This document shows positions 50,543 through 60,884 of a stretch of 64,000 bases of DNA, piece by piece (position 1 is the stretch's first letter; each line of letters opens with the position of its first letter). Below the pieces are notes generated by a model, which was given only the letters and a program-made list of their open reading frames with translations, had not been told where the DNA came from and did not search any database. The translations under genes and the position numbers were made by a program. The stretch is from Gammaproteobacteria bacterium (GTDB lineage Bacteria > Pseudomonadota > Gammaproteobacteria > Steroidobacterales > JABDMI01), in the NCBI GenBank assembly GCA_013001575.1, contig JABDMI010000029.1, forward strand, positions 4,792 to 68,791, read 5' to 3'.

Positions 50543-51649
50543 ATGAAATATGTGAATGCAGTTTTAGCGCAATGTTTTTTAGTCTCGATCATGGCCTGTG
50601 CAACATCCCCGAATACTTTGAGTCCTGATGCCGCTGTAGATATCCCGCCTGTATCGCTCAATTTCGAACAAGCTCAACGCCTGGCAACGCTTCCTCTGGA
50701 TTGTATTAACACCGAATACCCGAACAAACTCAATGACGTGATCGGAAGTGACGCAGACCTGAAACCGCCACGCGTCTTGCATCCGGCATTCTATGGCTGT
50801 TTTGATTGGCATTCTGCCGTGCATGGGCACTGGTCTTTGGTCAAGTTGTTAAAACTATATCCAGACCTTGAAAATGCCGATGAGATTAAACAAAAACTCC
50901 TGAATAATATCTCTGCCGATAACATGCAAAAAGAGATTGAATTCTTTTATGGTAAATACAACAAGTCCTGGGAACGCACTTACGGTTGGGCCTGGTATTT
51001 GAAATTGGTGGAAGAATTGCATACCTGGGATGATCCGGTCGCACGTGAACTGGAAACCAACTTGACACCATTGGCCGATCTACTGGTACAACGCTATTTT
51101 GAATTCTTGCCCAAATTGCTGTACCCGATCCGGGTTGGTGAGCATACCAATTCCGCCTTCGGGATGAATTTTGCCTGGGACTATGCTGTTGCAGTTAAAG
51201 ACCAGTCGTTTCAGGCTTTACTCAAGCAGCATGCCTTGCGGTTTTTTGCCGTGGATACAAATTGTCCGATCAATTACGAGCCCAGCGGTTTTGACTTTTT
51301 GTCGCCCTGTCTGGAAGAGGCTGCATTAATGAAGCGCGTTCTGAGTGCAACAGAATTCAGGGCATGGATGGACAAGTTTCTGCCACAACTGGCTGATCCG
51401 GATTTCGAATTTGATGTGGGCAAAGTTTCAGATCGCGGGGATGGCAAACTGGTGCACCTCGACGGGGTGAATTTTAGTCGTGCCTGGTCATTGTCTGTGA
51501 TCGCTGATGGATTGCCTGCCTATGCCCATCTCAATACTTTGGCTAATGCGCATGTCCAGTATTCCTTGCCAGGCATTGTTGGTGACAGTTACGAAGGCGG
51601 GCACTGGTTAGGTTCTTTTGCGATCTATGCCCTGAGTTCTCAGCTGTAA
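50543..51649 (+). CDS. DUF2891-like lipoprotein
   Basis: AGGAG RBS 7 nt before the ATG at 50543. Lipobox IMAC. The FDWHSAVHGHW motif is what I recall for DUF2891. Confidence 0.55.
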   Translation: MKYVNAVLAQCFLVSIMACATSPNTLSPDAAVDIPPVSLNFEQAQRLATLPLDCINTEYPNKLNDVIGSDADLKPPRVLHPAFYGCFDWHSAVHGHWSLVKLLKLYPDLENADEIKQKLLNNISADNMQKEIEFFYGKYNKSWERTYGWAWYLKLVEELHTWDDPVARELETNLTPLADLLVQRYFEFLPKLLYPIRVGEHTNSAFGMNFAWDYAVAVKDQSFQALLKQHALRFFAVDTNCPINYEPSGFDFLSPCLEEAALMKRVLSATEFRAWMDKFLPQLADPDFEFDVGKVSDRGDGKLVHLDGVNFSRAWSLSVIADGLPAYAHLNTLANAHVQYSLPGIVGDSYEGGHWLGSFAIYALSSQL

Positions 51650-51656
51650 GTCTGGT

Positions 51657-52865
51657 ATGCAAAATCCTTTAAAGAATATCGGCCCCGGGGCACTGGTAAC
51701 TGCCGCATTCATTGGTCCGGGCACGGTAACGGTTTGCACACTGGCCGGTGTGCAGTTTGGTTACGAATTATTGTGGGCATTAGTGGTCTCGATCATAGCC
51801 ACGGTAATTCTTCAGGAAATGGCAGCACGACTCGGCATTGTCTCGCAAGCCGGATTATCCACAGCCATCCGTAATGAAATAAAGACGCCGTTATTGCGGG
51901 TTGCAGCCATACTCATCATTCTTTCGGCAATCGTAATTGGTAATGCGGCTTATGAAGCCGGCAACATCAGTGGCGGGGTACTCGGACTGGAAACCTTGTT
52001 TTCTTACGATGTTAGTGCATATGTTTTTCCATCCCTGATCGGCTTGATCGCTTTTATTCTTTTATTTATTGGCAATTACCGCATTATCGAAAAAGCTCTG
52101 GTCAGTTTGGTAATACTAATGAGTCTGGCATTTCTGATTACCGCCATATTAACCAGACCGGATCTATCCGATTTGTTCAAAGGCATGCTGGTTCCGAACC
52201 TGGACGCAAATAAATTATTAATGGTGATGGCTCTGGTGGGCACAACCGTGGTTCCTTACAATTTATTTTTACACGCGTCCCTGGTCAAGGAACATTGGAA
52301 ATCACCCGGGGATCTTCCCTTGGCACGCAAAGACACCTATGTGTCGATTATTTTAGGCGGCGTGGTTTCGATCGCGATCGTTGTATGCGCCGCCGCTGTG
52401 CAATCTTCCGACATTAATAACGCAGCTGATCTGGCACTAGGGCTTGAACCATTGCTCGGTATTTATGCCAAGTATTTTCTGGCCCTGGGATTGTTCGCCG
52501 CCGGTATTACTTCGGCGATTACCGCACCTCTGGCCGCAGCCTATGTGGCGAGTAATTGTCTGGCCTGGGATGCCGGGCTTAAAGACAAACGTTTCCGGGC
52601 AGTCTGGATGTTTATACTTTTACTGGGCATGCTATCGGCCTTAAGTGGAATCAAGTCGATTGAGATCATAAAATTTGCCCAGATCACCAATGGTATTTTA
52701 TTACCTGTGATCGCAATGTTTCTGTTGTGGGTAATGAATAAACGCACTGTACTTGGTGATTATGTAAATTCGACCCTGCAAAATATTATCGGCGGGCTGG
52801 TCGTATTGTTCACGCTGTTTTTAGGGGCTAAAAGTTTAGCCAAGGTGTTCGGGTTTTTGGGATGA
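51657..52865 (+). CDS. Nramp-family divalent metal transporter (pxp-associated subgroup)
   Basis: GPGALVTAAFIGPGTV and an 11-12 TM profile. It overlaps the pxpA start. Confidence 0.8.
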   Translation: MQNPLKNIGPGALVTAAFIGPGTVTVCTLAGVQFGYELLWALVVSIIATVILQEMAARLGIVSQAGLSTAIRNEIKTPLLRVAAILIILSAIVIGNAAYEAGNISGGVLGLETLFSYDVSAYVFPSLIGLIAFILLFIGNYRIIEKALVSLVILMSLAFLITAILTRPDLSDLFKGMLVPNLDANKLLMVMALVGTTVVPYNLFLHASLVKEHWKSPGDLPLARKDTYVSIILGGVVSIAIVVCAAAVQSSDINNAADLALGLEPLLGIYAKYFLALGLFAAGITSAITAPLAAAYVASNCLAWDAGLKDKRFRAVWMFILLLGMLSALSGIKSIEIIKFAQITNGILLPVIAMFLLWVMNKRTVLGDYVNSTLQNIIGGLVVLFTLFLGAKSLAKVFGFLG

Positions 52866-53596
52866 GACCGGAAATTGATATTAATTGTGACCTGGGCGAG
52901 GGCATGGCTAACGATGCCGAGATCATGGCATTTATCACTTCTTGCAATATTGCCTGCGGTGGTCATGCCGGCGATGCCCGGAGCATGCAAAAGACCGTGG
53001 CCCTGGCAGTCAAGCACGGTGTAAAGATCGGTGCGCATCCTGCTTTTCCCGACAAAGAAAATTTTGGGCGTAAAATATTGCTCATGAGTAATGATGAGCT
53101 GAGCACCAGTTTGCATTCACAGGTCATGGCTTTACGCCAGATCACGGAAGCCCAGGGCAGTAAATTACATCACATTAAACCGCATGGGGCTTTGTATAAT
53201 CTGGCCTGTCAAGATCGTGAAATGGCTCAATTGATATGTCGCCTAGTACAATCCATTCAAGCGGATCTGATCTTGTATGCACCCGATGAATCCGAGATGA
53301 GTAAAATCGCCAAACAAAAAAATATTCCGGTTATGTTTGAAGGCTTTGCCGATCGTGCGTATCAAGCCGACGGCTCTTTGGTGTCGCGCCACGCGAGTAA
53401 CGCACTGTTGACCACCAGCGAGGAAGTATTGCGTCAGGCTGGCATGATGCTCTCGCAACAAGCCGTCATGAGTGTGGAAGGTGAAATGATCCCGCTGAAA
53501 GTAGACACCCTGTGTGTACATTCGGATACGCCTCATGCCTTAGCATTGGTTCGGAGCCTGCATACTGAATTTGTAATGAACGAGAATAAAATCTGA
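52862..53596 (+). CDS. pxpA: 5-oxoprolinase subunit A (LamB/YcsF)
   Basis: DINCDLGEG, ACGGHAGD and KPHGALYN. Confidence 0.9.
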   Translation: MRPEIDINCDLGEGMANDAEIMAFITSCNIACGGHAGDARSMQKTVALAVKHGVKIGAHPAFPDKENFGRKILLMSNDELSTSLHSQVMALRQITEAQGSKLHHIKPHGALYNLACQDREMAQLICRLVQSIQADLILYAPDESEMSKIAKQKNIPVMFEGFADRAYQADGSLVSRHASNALLTTSEEVLRQAGMMLSQQAVMSVEGEMIPLKVDTLCVHSDTPHALALVRSLHTEFVMNENKI

Positions 53597-54330
53597 TGTA
53601 CGAGTTAAGTTTTAAAGCCTTTGGCGAAAGATCCATTCTGATCGAATGGCCTGATGGGATCAACGACAAGGTCATTGACGATGTGTCGCGCATGCGTGAT
53701 GCGTTAACCCAGTCTTTAAAAAACAGTGAAGAAATTGTGGATGTTGTTGCAGCCTATAATTCTCTTACTATCATACATCGACATAATCTGATCAATTTTC
53801 CGCGCCGCGTGGATATTCTAAAAAAGATTTACGCCCAGGCGGCTCACAGCACGGAGCAGAAAAAATATATATTTACCATTCCGGTTTGTTATCACCCAAG
53901 CCTTGCCCAGGATCTCAAGTTTTTTATGCAAACCACGGGGCTGGAGCTGGCCGAGATAATAGATCTTCATGTCAGGCCTTTGTATCGGGTGTGTTTCTTA
54001 GGATTCTTGCCGGGGTTTTTGTATTTGAGCGGATTGGACAAGGCCTTGCAATTGCCACGCAAATCCACTCCGGACCCACACATACCCAAAGGTTCAGTGG
54101 CGATCGGCGGTGGTCAAACCGGCATCTACCCACACGCCAGCCCGGGTGGCTGGCATGTTATTGGAAAAAGCCCGTTGCAATTTTTTAACGCAAGCATTGA
54201 GCCTGTGTGTTTTGCGCAAGGTGGAGATTACATTCGATTCCAGTCCATCGGTATTGAAGAATACAACAAGCTAGTGAATGACATCGCACAGGATAAGTAC
54301 CAAATCCAAAGTGAGCCTTATCATGCTTAA
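53596..54330 (+). CDS. pxpB: 5-oxoprolinase subunit B (KipI family)
   Basis: FGERSILIEW, FLPGFLYL, GGQTGIYP and SPGGWHVIG. Confidence 0.85.
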   Translation: MYELSFKAFGERSILIEWPDGINDKVIDDVSRMRDALTQSLKNSEEIVDVVAAYNSLTIIHRHNLINFPRRVDILKKIYAQAAHSTEQKKYIFTIPVCYHPSLAQDLKFFMQTTGLELAEIIDLHVRPLYRVCFLGFLPGFLYLSGLDKALQLPRKSTPDPHIPKGSVAIGGGQTGIYPHASPGGWHVIGKSPLQFFNASIEPVCFAQGGDYIRFQSIGIEEYNKLVNDIAQDKYQIQSEPYHA

Positions 54331-55180
54331 CGTCATCAGACCCGGGGTTTGGAGCAGTATTCAGGATCTGGGGCGTCACGGTTTTCGTCATTTGGGGGTT
54401 CCGGTCTCGGGTGCCATGGATGCCGATGCGTCGCGCTTTGCCAATATGTTATTAAATAATCCGGAATCCGCCGCCGTCTTGGAAATGACCATGAACGGTC
54501 CGGAACTTGAATTTGAGTCGGCCAGTTGTATCGCGATCGCCGGGGCTAATATGCAACCACAACTAAATGGTGAGCCCGTGCATATGCACACAGCCATTAA
54601 TGTGTTTCCCGGTGATCGTCTCCAATTTGATCATACTCTGGATGGCTTGCGCAGTTACCTGGCGATTGAAAAAGGTTTTCAGACTGAAGTGAATATGGGC
54701 TCAGCCAGTTATTACCCCAATATCACTAAAAAACAGCGCATCGAAAAAGGCGATCAACTGAGCTATATTGAATGCACACACCGAAGAGAAGAATCGCACG
54801 CGGCCGTAAATATTGATCCGGCTTATTTTAAACGCCATTCTCTGGAAGTGTTTGCCGGACCAGAGTACCAACAGCTGGGAAAATCTCGACAACTGGCATT
54901 GAGAAATGCCAAGTTCAGGGTGTCTAACCTATACGATCGTTCTGCCTATCAATTACAAGAAAAATTCAAAAATATTTTAAAGCCCATCCTGACCTCGGCG
55001 GTTTTGCCCGGTACCGTACAACTCACGCCTTCAGGCCGTTTAATAATTTTAATGCGTGATTGCCAAACAACCGGCGGTTACCCGAGAGTATTGCAACTTA
55101 ATGAAGCAGCGATCAATCTTCTTAGCCAGAAAAAAATGGGCGATAAAGTTTCTTTTAGCATGCTGCCTGATAAAGGCTGA
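54323..55180 (+). CDS. pxpC: 5-oxoprolinase subunit C (KipA family)
   Basis: The start MLNVIRPG..IQDLGR overlaps pxpB by 8 nt. The C-terminal DCQTTGGYPRV motif is present. Confidence 0.85.
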   Translation: MLNVIRPGVWSSIQDLGRHGFRHLGVPVSGAMDADASRFANMLLNNPESAAVLEMTMNGPELEFESASCIAIAGANMQPQLNGEPVHMHTAINVFPGDRLQFDHTLDGLRSYLAIEKGFQTEVNMGSASYYPNITKKQRIEKGDQLSYIECTHRREESHAAVNIDPAYFKRHSLEVFAGPEYQQLGKSRQLALRNAKFRVSNLYDRSAYQLQEKFKNILKPILTSAVLPGTVQLTPSGRLIILMRDCQTTGGYPRVLQLNEAAINLLSQKKMGDKVSFSMLPDKG

Positions 55181-55243
55181 ATAAGCATCGAAGAACAGGT
55201 TACAAACTGGTTACGAGCGCATCAGGATATCGCTATTCTTGCC

Positions 55244-55687
55244 GTGCCTTTATTCGCATTTTTAGAAGCTTGCGTGGGTATTGGTCTGTTTGTAACCGGC
55301 GTGATCTTGTTGACCATCAGTACGGTGTTATACGCCGAAGGCATTGCCACTATATTACAAATTATCCCTTTGGCCTTTTTGGGTGCATTAATAGGCGATC
55401 ATTCAGGGTATTTACTCGGGCGCTGGATCGGGCCCAGGTTCCATCACACTAATTTTGCCAACAAGTATTCTGCACGAATTGAAAAAGCCGAAGACTTGAT
55501 TCGCCGTCGCGGCTCTATCGCCATTTTGATCGGGCGTTTATTGCCGGCCATTCGCAGCATTATTCCACTGATTACCGGTATCAGCGGTTTTTCTCGCCTG
55601 CGCTATTTCAGCTACGACGTATTGGCCTGTTTTATCTGGTCGAGTTTGCTGGGTGTATTGGTGGTCGGGATTGATTCAATAATTTAA
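55244..55687 (+). CDS. DedA/SNARE-associated family membrane protein
   Basis: FLEA...G and GR..P..R motifs typical of DedA. GTG start. It looks N-terminally short (see findings). Confidence 0.65.
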   Translation: MPLFAFLEACVGIGLFVTGVILLTISTVLYAEGIATILQIIPLAFLGALIGDHSGYLLGRWIGPRFHHTNFANKYSARIEKAEDLIRRRGSIAILIGRLLPAIRSIIPLITGISGFSRLRYFSYDVLACFIWSSLLGVLVVGIDSII

Positions 55688-55724
55688 GCTGAGGTTCTCA
55701 GAGAAGGCCGTGGAGTACATCAGT

Positions 55725-56129
55725 CTATTTTGGCCACGCACTCAGAATCAGGGCAATCGCTAGAAATTGTGTGAAGTGATAGCCGGCATCAATTAACCAC
55801 AACTTGATACTTTTATTGGAAAACTGGTAATTAATCCCAAAACTCGTGGCCACGAAACCAATGCCAACCAAAAGCGCGTAGTGTAGGGCATACGCCAATT
55901 CAGTATGGTGTCCGAGCAGAATGGCAAATGCAAATGCTGCGAGTAAGGCGAATACAAAACTTAAACCATAGACTTTGGCCGGATGACCTTGTTGATCGTT
56001 TTCGCTGATTCCGGCTTCTCGCATCCAGGTTTTGCCGAACAGTATGGGTGAATACCATAACCCACCAATCAGAAATGTCGATAAAGCCGCAACAATAACA
56101 GCTAAAAAATTAAGGTTTTCAAGATGCAT
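55725..56129 (-). CDS. DUF1761 family membrane protein
   Basis: GGLWYSPILFGKTW motif and four TM helices. Confidence 0.6.
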   Translation of the reverse strand: MHLENLNFLAVIVAALSTFLIGGLWYSPILFGKTWMREAGISENDQQGHPAKVYGLSFVFALLAAFAFAILLGHHTELAYALHYALLVGIGFVATSFGINYQFSNKSIKLWLIDAGYHFTQFLAIALILSAWPK

Positions 56130-56196
56130 GCTAATTCCCCCGTTTAATTTGATTTGTGCTAATCGAGTTTAGCGTAATTTAGCAACTGTAGAAAAA

Positions 56197-56682
56197 TTAT
56201 TCGGCTTTAAAATGCGCGTTCTCAATAATTCCAAACACATTACCCCAGGGGTCAAGTACCGCTACCACCAAAATTCCGTCTCCAACATCCTGGATGTCTG
56301 CATGCATTGTTGCGCCCATATCCAGGACTCTGGCAAGTTCGGCTTTGGCATCTTTAACGCCCCAATACGCGATTGATCCACCGGGTGCTGAACGTGTTTC
56401 ATTGGGTGATAATCCGAGTTCATATCCGCCAACATTAAAGCCAACATAAAATTCTTCATCAAAGTAGGGCGCATAACCGAGTAAGTCCGAGTACCATTGC
56501 TTGGCGGCGTGCAGGTCAGTCACACTATAAACCACTGTACGCAGTCCCAAAAAATTATTTTGATCGGTCATAGTAGTTTCCTTAATTGGATTGTCTTCAG
56601 GTGCCAGATTGTAGTTGTTGGTAACGCATGCAGAAAAAAGAATAGTAATAATAAAAACACAGATATATTTAATTAATTTCAT
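56197..56682 (-). CDS. Lipoprotein with a VOC/glyoxalase domain
   Basis: Lipobox FSAC. The VOC-like core runs from LRTVVYSVTDLHAAKQWY to DPWGNVFGII. Confidence 0.65.
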   Translation of the reverse strand: MKLIKYICVFIITILFSACVTNNYNLAPEDNPIKETTMTDQNNFLGLRTVVYSVTDLHAAKQWYSDLLGYAPYFDEEFYVGFNVGGYELGLSPNETRSAPGGSIAYWGVKDAKAELARVLDMGATMHADIQDVGDGILVVAVLDPWGNVFGIIENAHFKAE

Positions 56683-56719
56683 TAATAAAGCCTTGTTTGT
56701 TATGCGTTCAATTTACGCG

Positions 56720-57157
56720 TTAATCTTTGGCGGGAATGACTATAGAGCGTTTTTCAGCTACCCAGGCTTTAATTCCACCTTGCATAGAGACAATATTACT
56801 GAAGCCCAGTTTTTGTAAAGCGTCAGCACCAACGGCCGAGCGATTGCCGCTACGACAATACAACACAATAGTTTGTTGTGATGAATCATTGCCAAGGCTT
56901 TGCAAGTATTTGGGGAACTCGGATTGCAGCTGTCCCACTGGAATATGAATCGCACCGGGTATCATGCCTGTAATAATTTCATCAGATTCACGTACATCTA
57001 TGACCAGGTCCTTGTGTAAATGATTGTTAGCAACATCATGGGTTGAGACTTGAATGACTCTTGCTTTGGCTTTTTGCACAGGATCCGCAATTGTTGAATC
57101 GGTGCATGCGCTTAGTAAAAGCGTGATCAGTAACAGGGTTTTAAAATGTTTAAACAT
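56720..57157 (-). CDS. Exported single-domain rhodanese (sulfurtransferase)
   Basis: ATG at 57157 follows GAGGA. Lipobox LSAC. The active-site loop is YCRSGNRS. Confidence 0.8.
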   Translation of the reverse strand: MFKHFKTLLLITLLLSACTDSTIADPVQKAKARVIQVSTHDVANNHLHKDLVIDVRESDEIITGMIPGAIHIPVGQLQSEFPKYLQSLGNDSSQQTIVLYCRSGNRSAVGADALQKLGFSNIVSMQGGIKAWVAEKRSIVIPAKD

Positions 57158-57185
57158 GATGTCCTCGTCATTGATGATATTGAAA

Positions 57186-58184
57186 TTACTGAAACCAGGG
57201 AGCGACCGGTAAATTACGTTCACGCAGAAAATCGGGATTCGCTAATTTGTTTTTGTAACGTGTACCAAGATCGCACAATACCGTGACTATGGTTTTACCC
57301 GGTCCGAGTATATTCGCCACCTGCATCGCCCCTGCCACATTCACGCCGGTTGAGCCGCCCACATTCAGCCCTTCATGTTCCAGTAAATCATAAATAATCG
57401 GTAAGGATTCTTCATCGGAAATTTGAACCGCCATATCAATTGGCGCCAAAGCCATATTACCGGTAATGCGTGAATTGCCGATGCCCTCGGTAATCGAGGT
57501 ACCGACCACTTTGATTTCACCATTAGTGTAGTAATTGCACAAACCCGAACCGGTAGGGTCAGTGAGGGCGATGACCACGTCCGGATTCTGCTCCTTGAGA
57601 TAGCGTCCGACCCCGCTGATGGTGCCGCCCGTACCTGAGGCAAACGCGAAAGCATCAACTTGTCCGGCGGTTTGTTGCCAAATCTCGGGGCCAGTGGTTC
57701 GGTAATGCCAGTCGCTGTTGGCGGTGTTGTCGAATTGATACGTCCAGACCGCGTTTCCGCCTTGGGTATTTAATTCTTTGGCGAAGCGTTCGGATTGATG
57801 CACGTATTGATCGGGATTACTGTAGGGTACGGCCGGCACCAATCGAACATCCGCACCATACATTCTTAAGGTATCGATCTTTTCGGCACTTTGGCTATCC
57901 GGCATGAAAATTACGGTTTTATAGCCTAATGCATTTCCTACCAGGGCCAGTCCGATCCCGGTATTTCCCGCCGTGCCTTCTACTATTGTCCCGCCAGGCT
58001 TTAACAAGCCTTTTTCCTCTGCATTGCGGATCAAGCCCAGAGCCGTACGATCTTTGATCGAACCACCCGGATTAAGGTTTTCGCATTTAGCCAGAATAGT
58101 ACAGCCAGTTTCTTCGGAGGGGCGGTGTAATTTTATGAGCGGCGTGTTGCCAATTTGTTCGATGATGGAATTGTGGTATTGCAT
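57186..58184 (-). CDS. PLP-dependent cysteine synthase family enzyme
   Basis: IGNTPLIKL, NPGGSIKDR and GNTGIGLA. The internal ATG at 58184 avoids overlap with prfA. Confidence 0.8.
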   Translation of the reverse strand: MQYHNSIIEQIGNTPLIKLHRPSEETGCTILAKCENLNPGGSIKDRTALGLIRNAEEKGLLKPGGTIVEGTAGNTGIGLALVGNALGYKTVIFMPDSQSAEKIDTLRMYGADVRLVPAVPYSNPDQYVHQSERFAKELNTQGGNAVWTYQFDNTANSDWHYRTTGPEIWQQTAGQVDAFAFASGTGGTISGVGRYLKEQNPDVVIALTDPTGSGLCNYYTNGEIKVVGTSITEGIGNSRITGNMALAPIDMAVQISDEESLPIIYDLLEHEGLNVGGSTGVNVAGAMQVANILGPGKTIVTVLCDLGTRYKNKLANPDFLRERNLPVAPWFQ

Positions 58185-58203
58185 GTATGTTGATCCTTGG
58201 AAT

Positions 58204-59292
58204 TTAGGCGTCTTCACTTAATTCGGCCAATTGATCCGCTTGATATTCATTGATAAGTGGTTGGATAATGGACCCGAGGTCGCCTTCCATGATTTCCGGC
58301 AGCTTATATAAAGTGAGATTAATTCGGTGGTCGGTGACCCGACCTTGTGGATAATTATAAGTTCGTATGCGTTCGGAACGGTCGCCACTGCCGACCAGTG
58401 ATTTGCGTTGGCTGGCTTGTTCGCTTTGTTGTTTTTCCTGTTCATCGGTTAATAACTTGGTTTGCAACAGTGACATCGCACGCGCCCGGTTCTTGTGTTG
58501 TGAACGTTCGTCCTGACATTCCACCACAATGCCGGTGGGTAAGTGCGTGAGGCGTATGGCCGAATCGGTTTTGTTGACGTGTTGCCCGCCTGCACCAGAA
58601 GCTCGAAAGGTATCCACACGGAGATCGGCCGGATTGATATCAATGGCTTCAACCTCGTCCAGTTCCGGCAACACCGCAACGGTACAGGCCGAGGTGTGTA
58701 CGCGACCCTGTGATTCGGTTTGCGGCACCCGTTGCACGCGGTGTGCGCCGGACTCAAATTTAAGTTGCGAGTAGGCACCTCGCCCGATGACCCGGCAAAT
58801 AATTTCTTTATAACCGCCATGATCACCTTCGTTCTCTGACAGAATTTCGATGCGCCAACCTTGTGATTCAAAATAGCGTGAATACATTTTGAAAAGGTCA
58901 CCGGAAAATATTGCCGCTTCATCGCCACCGGTGCCCGCGCGAATTTCCAGAAAGATATTGCTGTCATCGTGCGGGTCTTTGGGGATCAGGAGTTTCTGTA
59001 ATGCGAGGTCGCCACTTTCAATTTGAATATTGATGCTGTCGAGTTCTTCTTTGCCCATCTCGCGTATGTCCGGATCCCCATCCTTTAGCATTTCCTCTGC
59101 CGACTTTTTGTCGGTTAGTAATTGCATATGGCTTTTAAACTGCTGCACAATGGGTTGGAGATGTGAATATTCCTTGGACAGTTCACGAAAACGGTTCTGA
59201 TCATTAATGATCTCTGGCACCGCGAGTAAACCGGCGATCTCCTGATAGCGTTCTGCGAGATTTTCCAGTTTGAGTTTAATCGAATCTTTCAT
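58204..59292 (-). CDS. prfA: Peptide chain release factor 1
   Basis: The PxT-type recognition region is present, and the GGQ motif appears as [11 protein letters not shown]. Confidence 0.95.
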   Translation of the reverse strand: MKDSIKLKLENLAERYQEIAGLLAVPEIINDQNRFRELSKEYSHLQPIVQQFKSHMQLLTDKKSAEEMLKDGDPDIREMGKEELDSINIQIESGDLALQKLLIPKDPHDDSNIFLEIRAGTGGDEAAIFSGDLFKMYSRYFESQGWRIEILSENEGDHGGYKEIICRVIGRGAYSQLKFESGAHRVQRVPQTESQGRVHTSACTVAVLPELDEVEAIDINPADLRVDTFRASGAGGQHVNKTDSAIRLTHLPTGIVVECQDERSQHKNRARAMSLLQTKLLTDEQEKQQSEQASQRKSLVGSGDRSERIRTYNYPQGRVTDHRINLTLYKLPEIMEGDLGSIIQPLINEYQADQLAELSEDA

Positions 59293-60579
59293 TTATTCTT
59301 CCGAACTGTCGGTCTCTGTTTCAGGTAATAAAAGTTGCACCAGAGTATTGACTTTTTCCGGCTGATCCTCACTTATGCCTTTGCGTAAGATCTTGGTAGG
59401 GCGATGTAAAAATCGATTAGTTAACTGATGGGCAAACTGGGTTAGTATCTGTTCGGCATTTTCCGCATTCAATTTGTCTAATGCGGTTCCCAAAAGCTCA
59501 TCACGATCTTTCTCGTAATGTTCGCGCAATTCGCGTATGGCAGGACTTGCTTTGCGTAAATTTTTTGCCTGGGAAAAATCGATCAGTGCGGTTTCAACAA
59601 TTTCCCTGGCTTTAACCGCTTCACTTTGACGCGCTTGTTGATTGTCCGAAATAATTTCCTGCAGATCATCGATGCTATACAGGTAGACCTCGTCCATGTC
59701 CTTAACACCGGGTTCGATGTCACGCGGTACCGCCAGATCGATGACAAACATCGGTTTGTGTTTGCGACTTTTCAATGCTTGTATAAAAGCTGTCTCTGAC
59801 AGAATAGGCTCTGGACTTGCGGTTGACGTGAACAACATATCGGCCTCGGCCAAATGCAACTCGACGTCTTCAAGGCTGATGGCATATCCCTGAAACTGAT
59901 GTGCCAGGCGGTTAGCGTTCTCAATGGTGCGATTGGCAAATACCATGCGTTTCAGACCTTGTTGCTGCAAATGCTGGGCAACGAGTTCAATCGTCTCCCC
60001 GGCACCAATCAACATGGCGGTGTGTTTATCAAATCCGGAAAATATCTTGCGACCCAGCTGCACACTGGCCGATGCCAGCGACACCGCGTGATTACCAATA
60101 CGCGTTTCTGTGCGGATACGTTTCGCGGTGCGGAATACAAACTGGAAAACATTGTCCAGTTCTTGCTTTAAACTGCCATACACATTGGCGTGTTGATAGG
60201 CGCTTTTTACCTGGCCAAAGATTTGTGGCTCACCCAAGACCATGGAATCCAGACCGCAGGCCACCTGTAGGGCGTGACGAATACAATCCTGTTCCTGTTT
60301 GTAATAAAGGCATTTCGAAATTTGGTCGCGCCCTAGATCATCCAGGGCGTGTGAATCCATCAACCAGTCTGTCAAAACGTTTTGCAACATGTGCAGATCG
60401 TTACTTGAAGCATAAATTTCGGTTCGATTGCAGGTGGACAGGATGACAGCCTCGTTTACGCTATCCAACTCGCAAAGATTTTGCAAAAAATCGTCCAGTA
60501 AGGCCGGATCAAACGCGACTCTTTCGCGGATCTGCACAGGCGCAGAGGCATGGTTGACACCCAGGATTGCAATCGCCAT
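59293..60579 (-). CDS. hemA: Glutamyl-tRNA reductase
   Basis: LSTCNRTEIY catalytic-cysteine motif and NADPH site IGAGETIE. Confidence 0.95.
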   Translation of the reverse strand: MAIAILGVNHASAPVQIRERVAFDPALLDDFLQNLCELDSVNEAVILSTCNRTEIYASSNDLHMLQNVLTDWLMDSHALDDLGRDQISKCLYYKQEQDCIRHALQVACGLDSMVLGEPQIFGQVKSAYQHANVYGSLKQELDNVFQFVFRTAKRIRTETRIGNHAVSLASASVQLGRKIFSGFDKHTAMLIGAGETIELVAQHLQQQGLKRMVFANRTIENANRLAHQFQGYAISLEDVELHLAEADMLFTSTASPEPILSETAFIQALKSRKHKPMFVIDLAVPRDIEPGVKDMDEVYLYSIDDLQEIISDNQQARQSEAVKAREIVETALIDFSQAKNLRKASPAIRELREHYEKDRDELLGTALDKLNAENAEQILTQFAHQLTNRFLHRPTKILRKGISEDQPEKVNTLVQLLLPETETDSSEE

Positions 60580-60884
60580 ACAGTAACCCTAACGCGTCGC
60601 GTTATTAAACAATTCAATAAATGAACGGGTAGTGGATGGCATTGAATACATTATCTTGTCAAAATTACCAATTTGAGTGTTGCGCGGCAAGCAGATTATT
60701 CTGTCCAGCTTAAAGAGGGCGTATTATAGCTAAATTGCCGTCAATTTATGCTCGTAATGGTTATTATCCTTGTGCTGATCTGTGTGAAACCGAGCATAAA
60801 GAACAGAATTGTGCTTGAAACTGCGAATCACCGGGGTAAATCTTGTAAAATCCCCATGCTTTCCAAACGGTTTTATCATTTCAC

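Noticed and set aside
60590-60604. The palindrome TAACGCG-T-CGCGTTA, 11 bp upstream of the hemA start codon.
   Set aside because: A short 7-bp-arm palindrome has plausible chance occurrence. There is no supporting promoter or terminator context, and it cannot be evaluated without comparative data.
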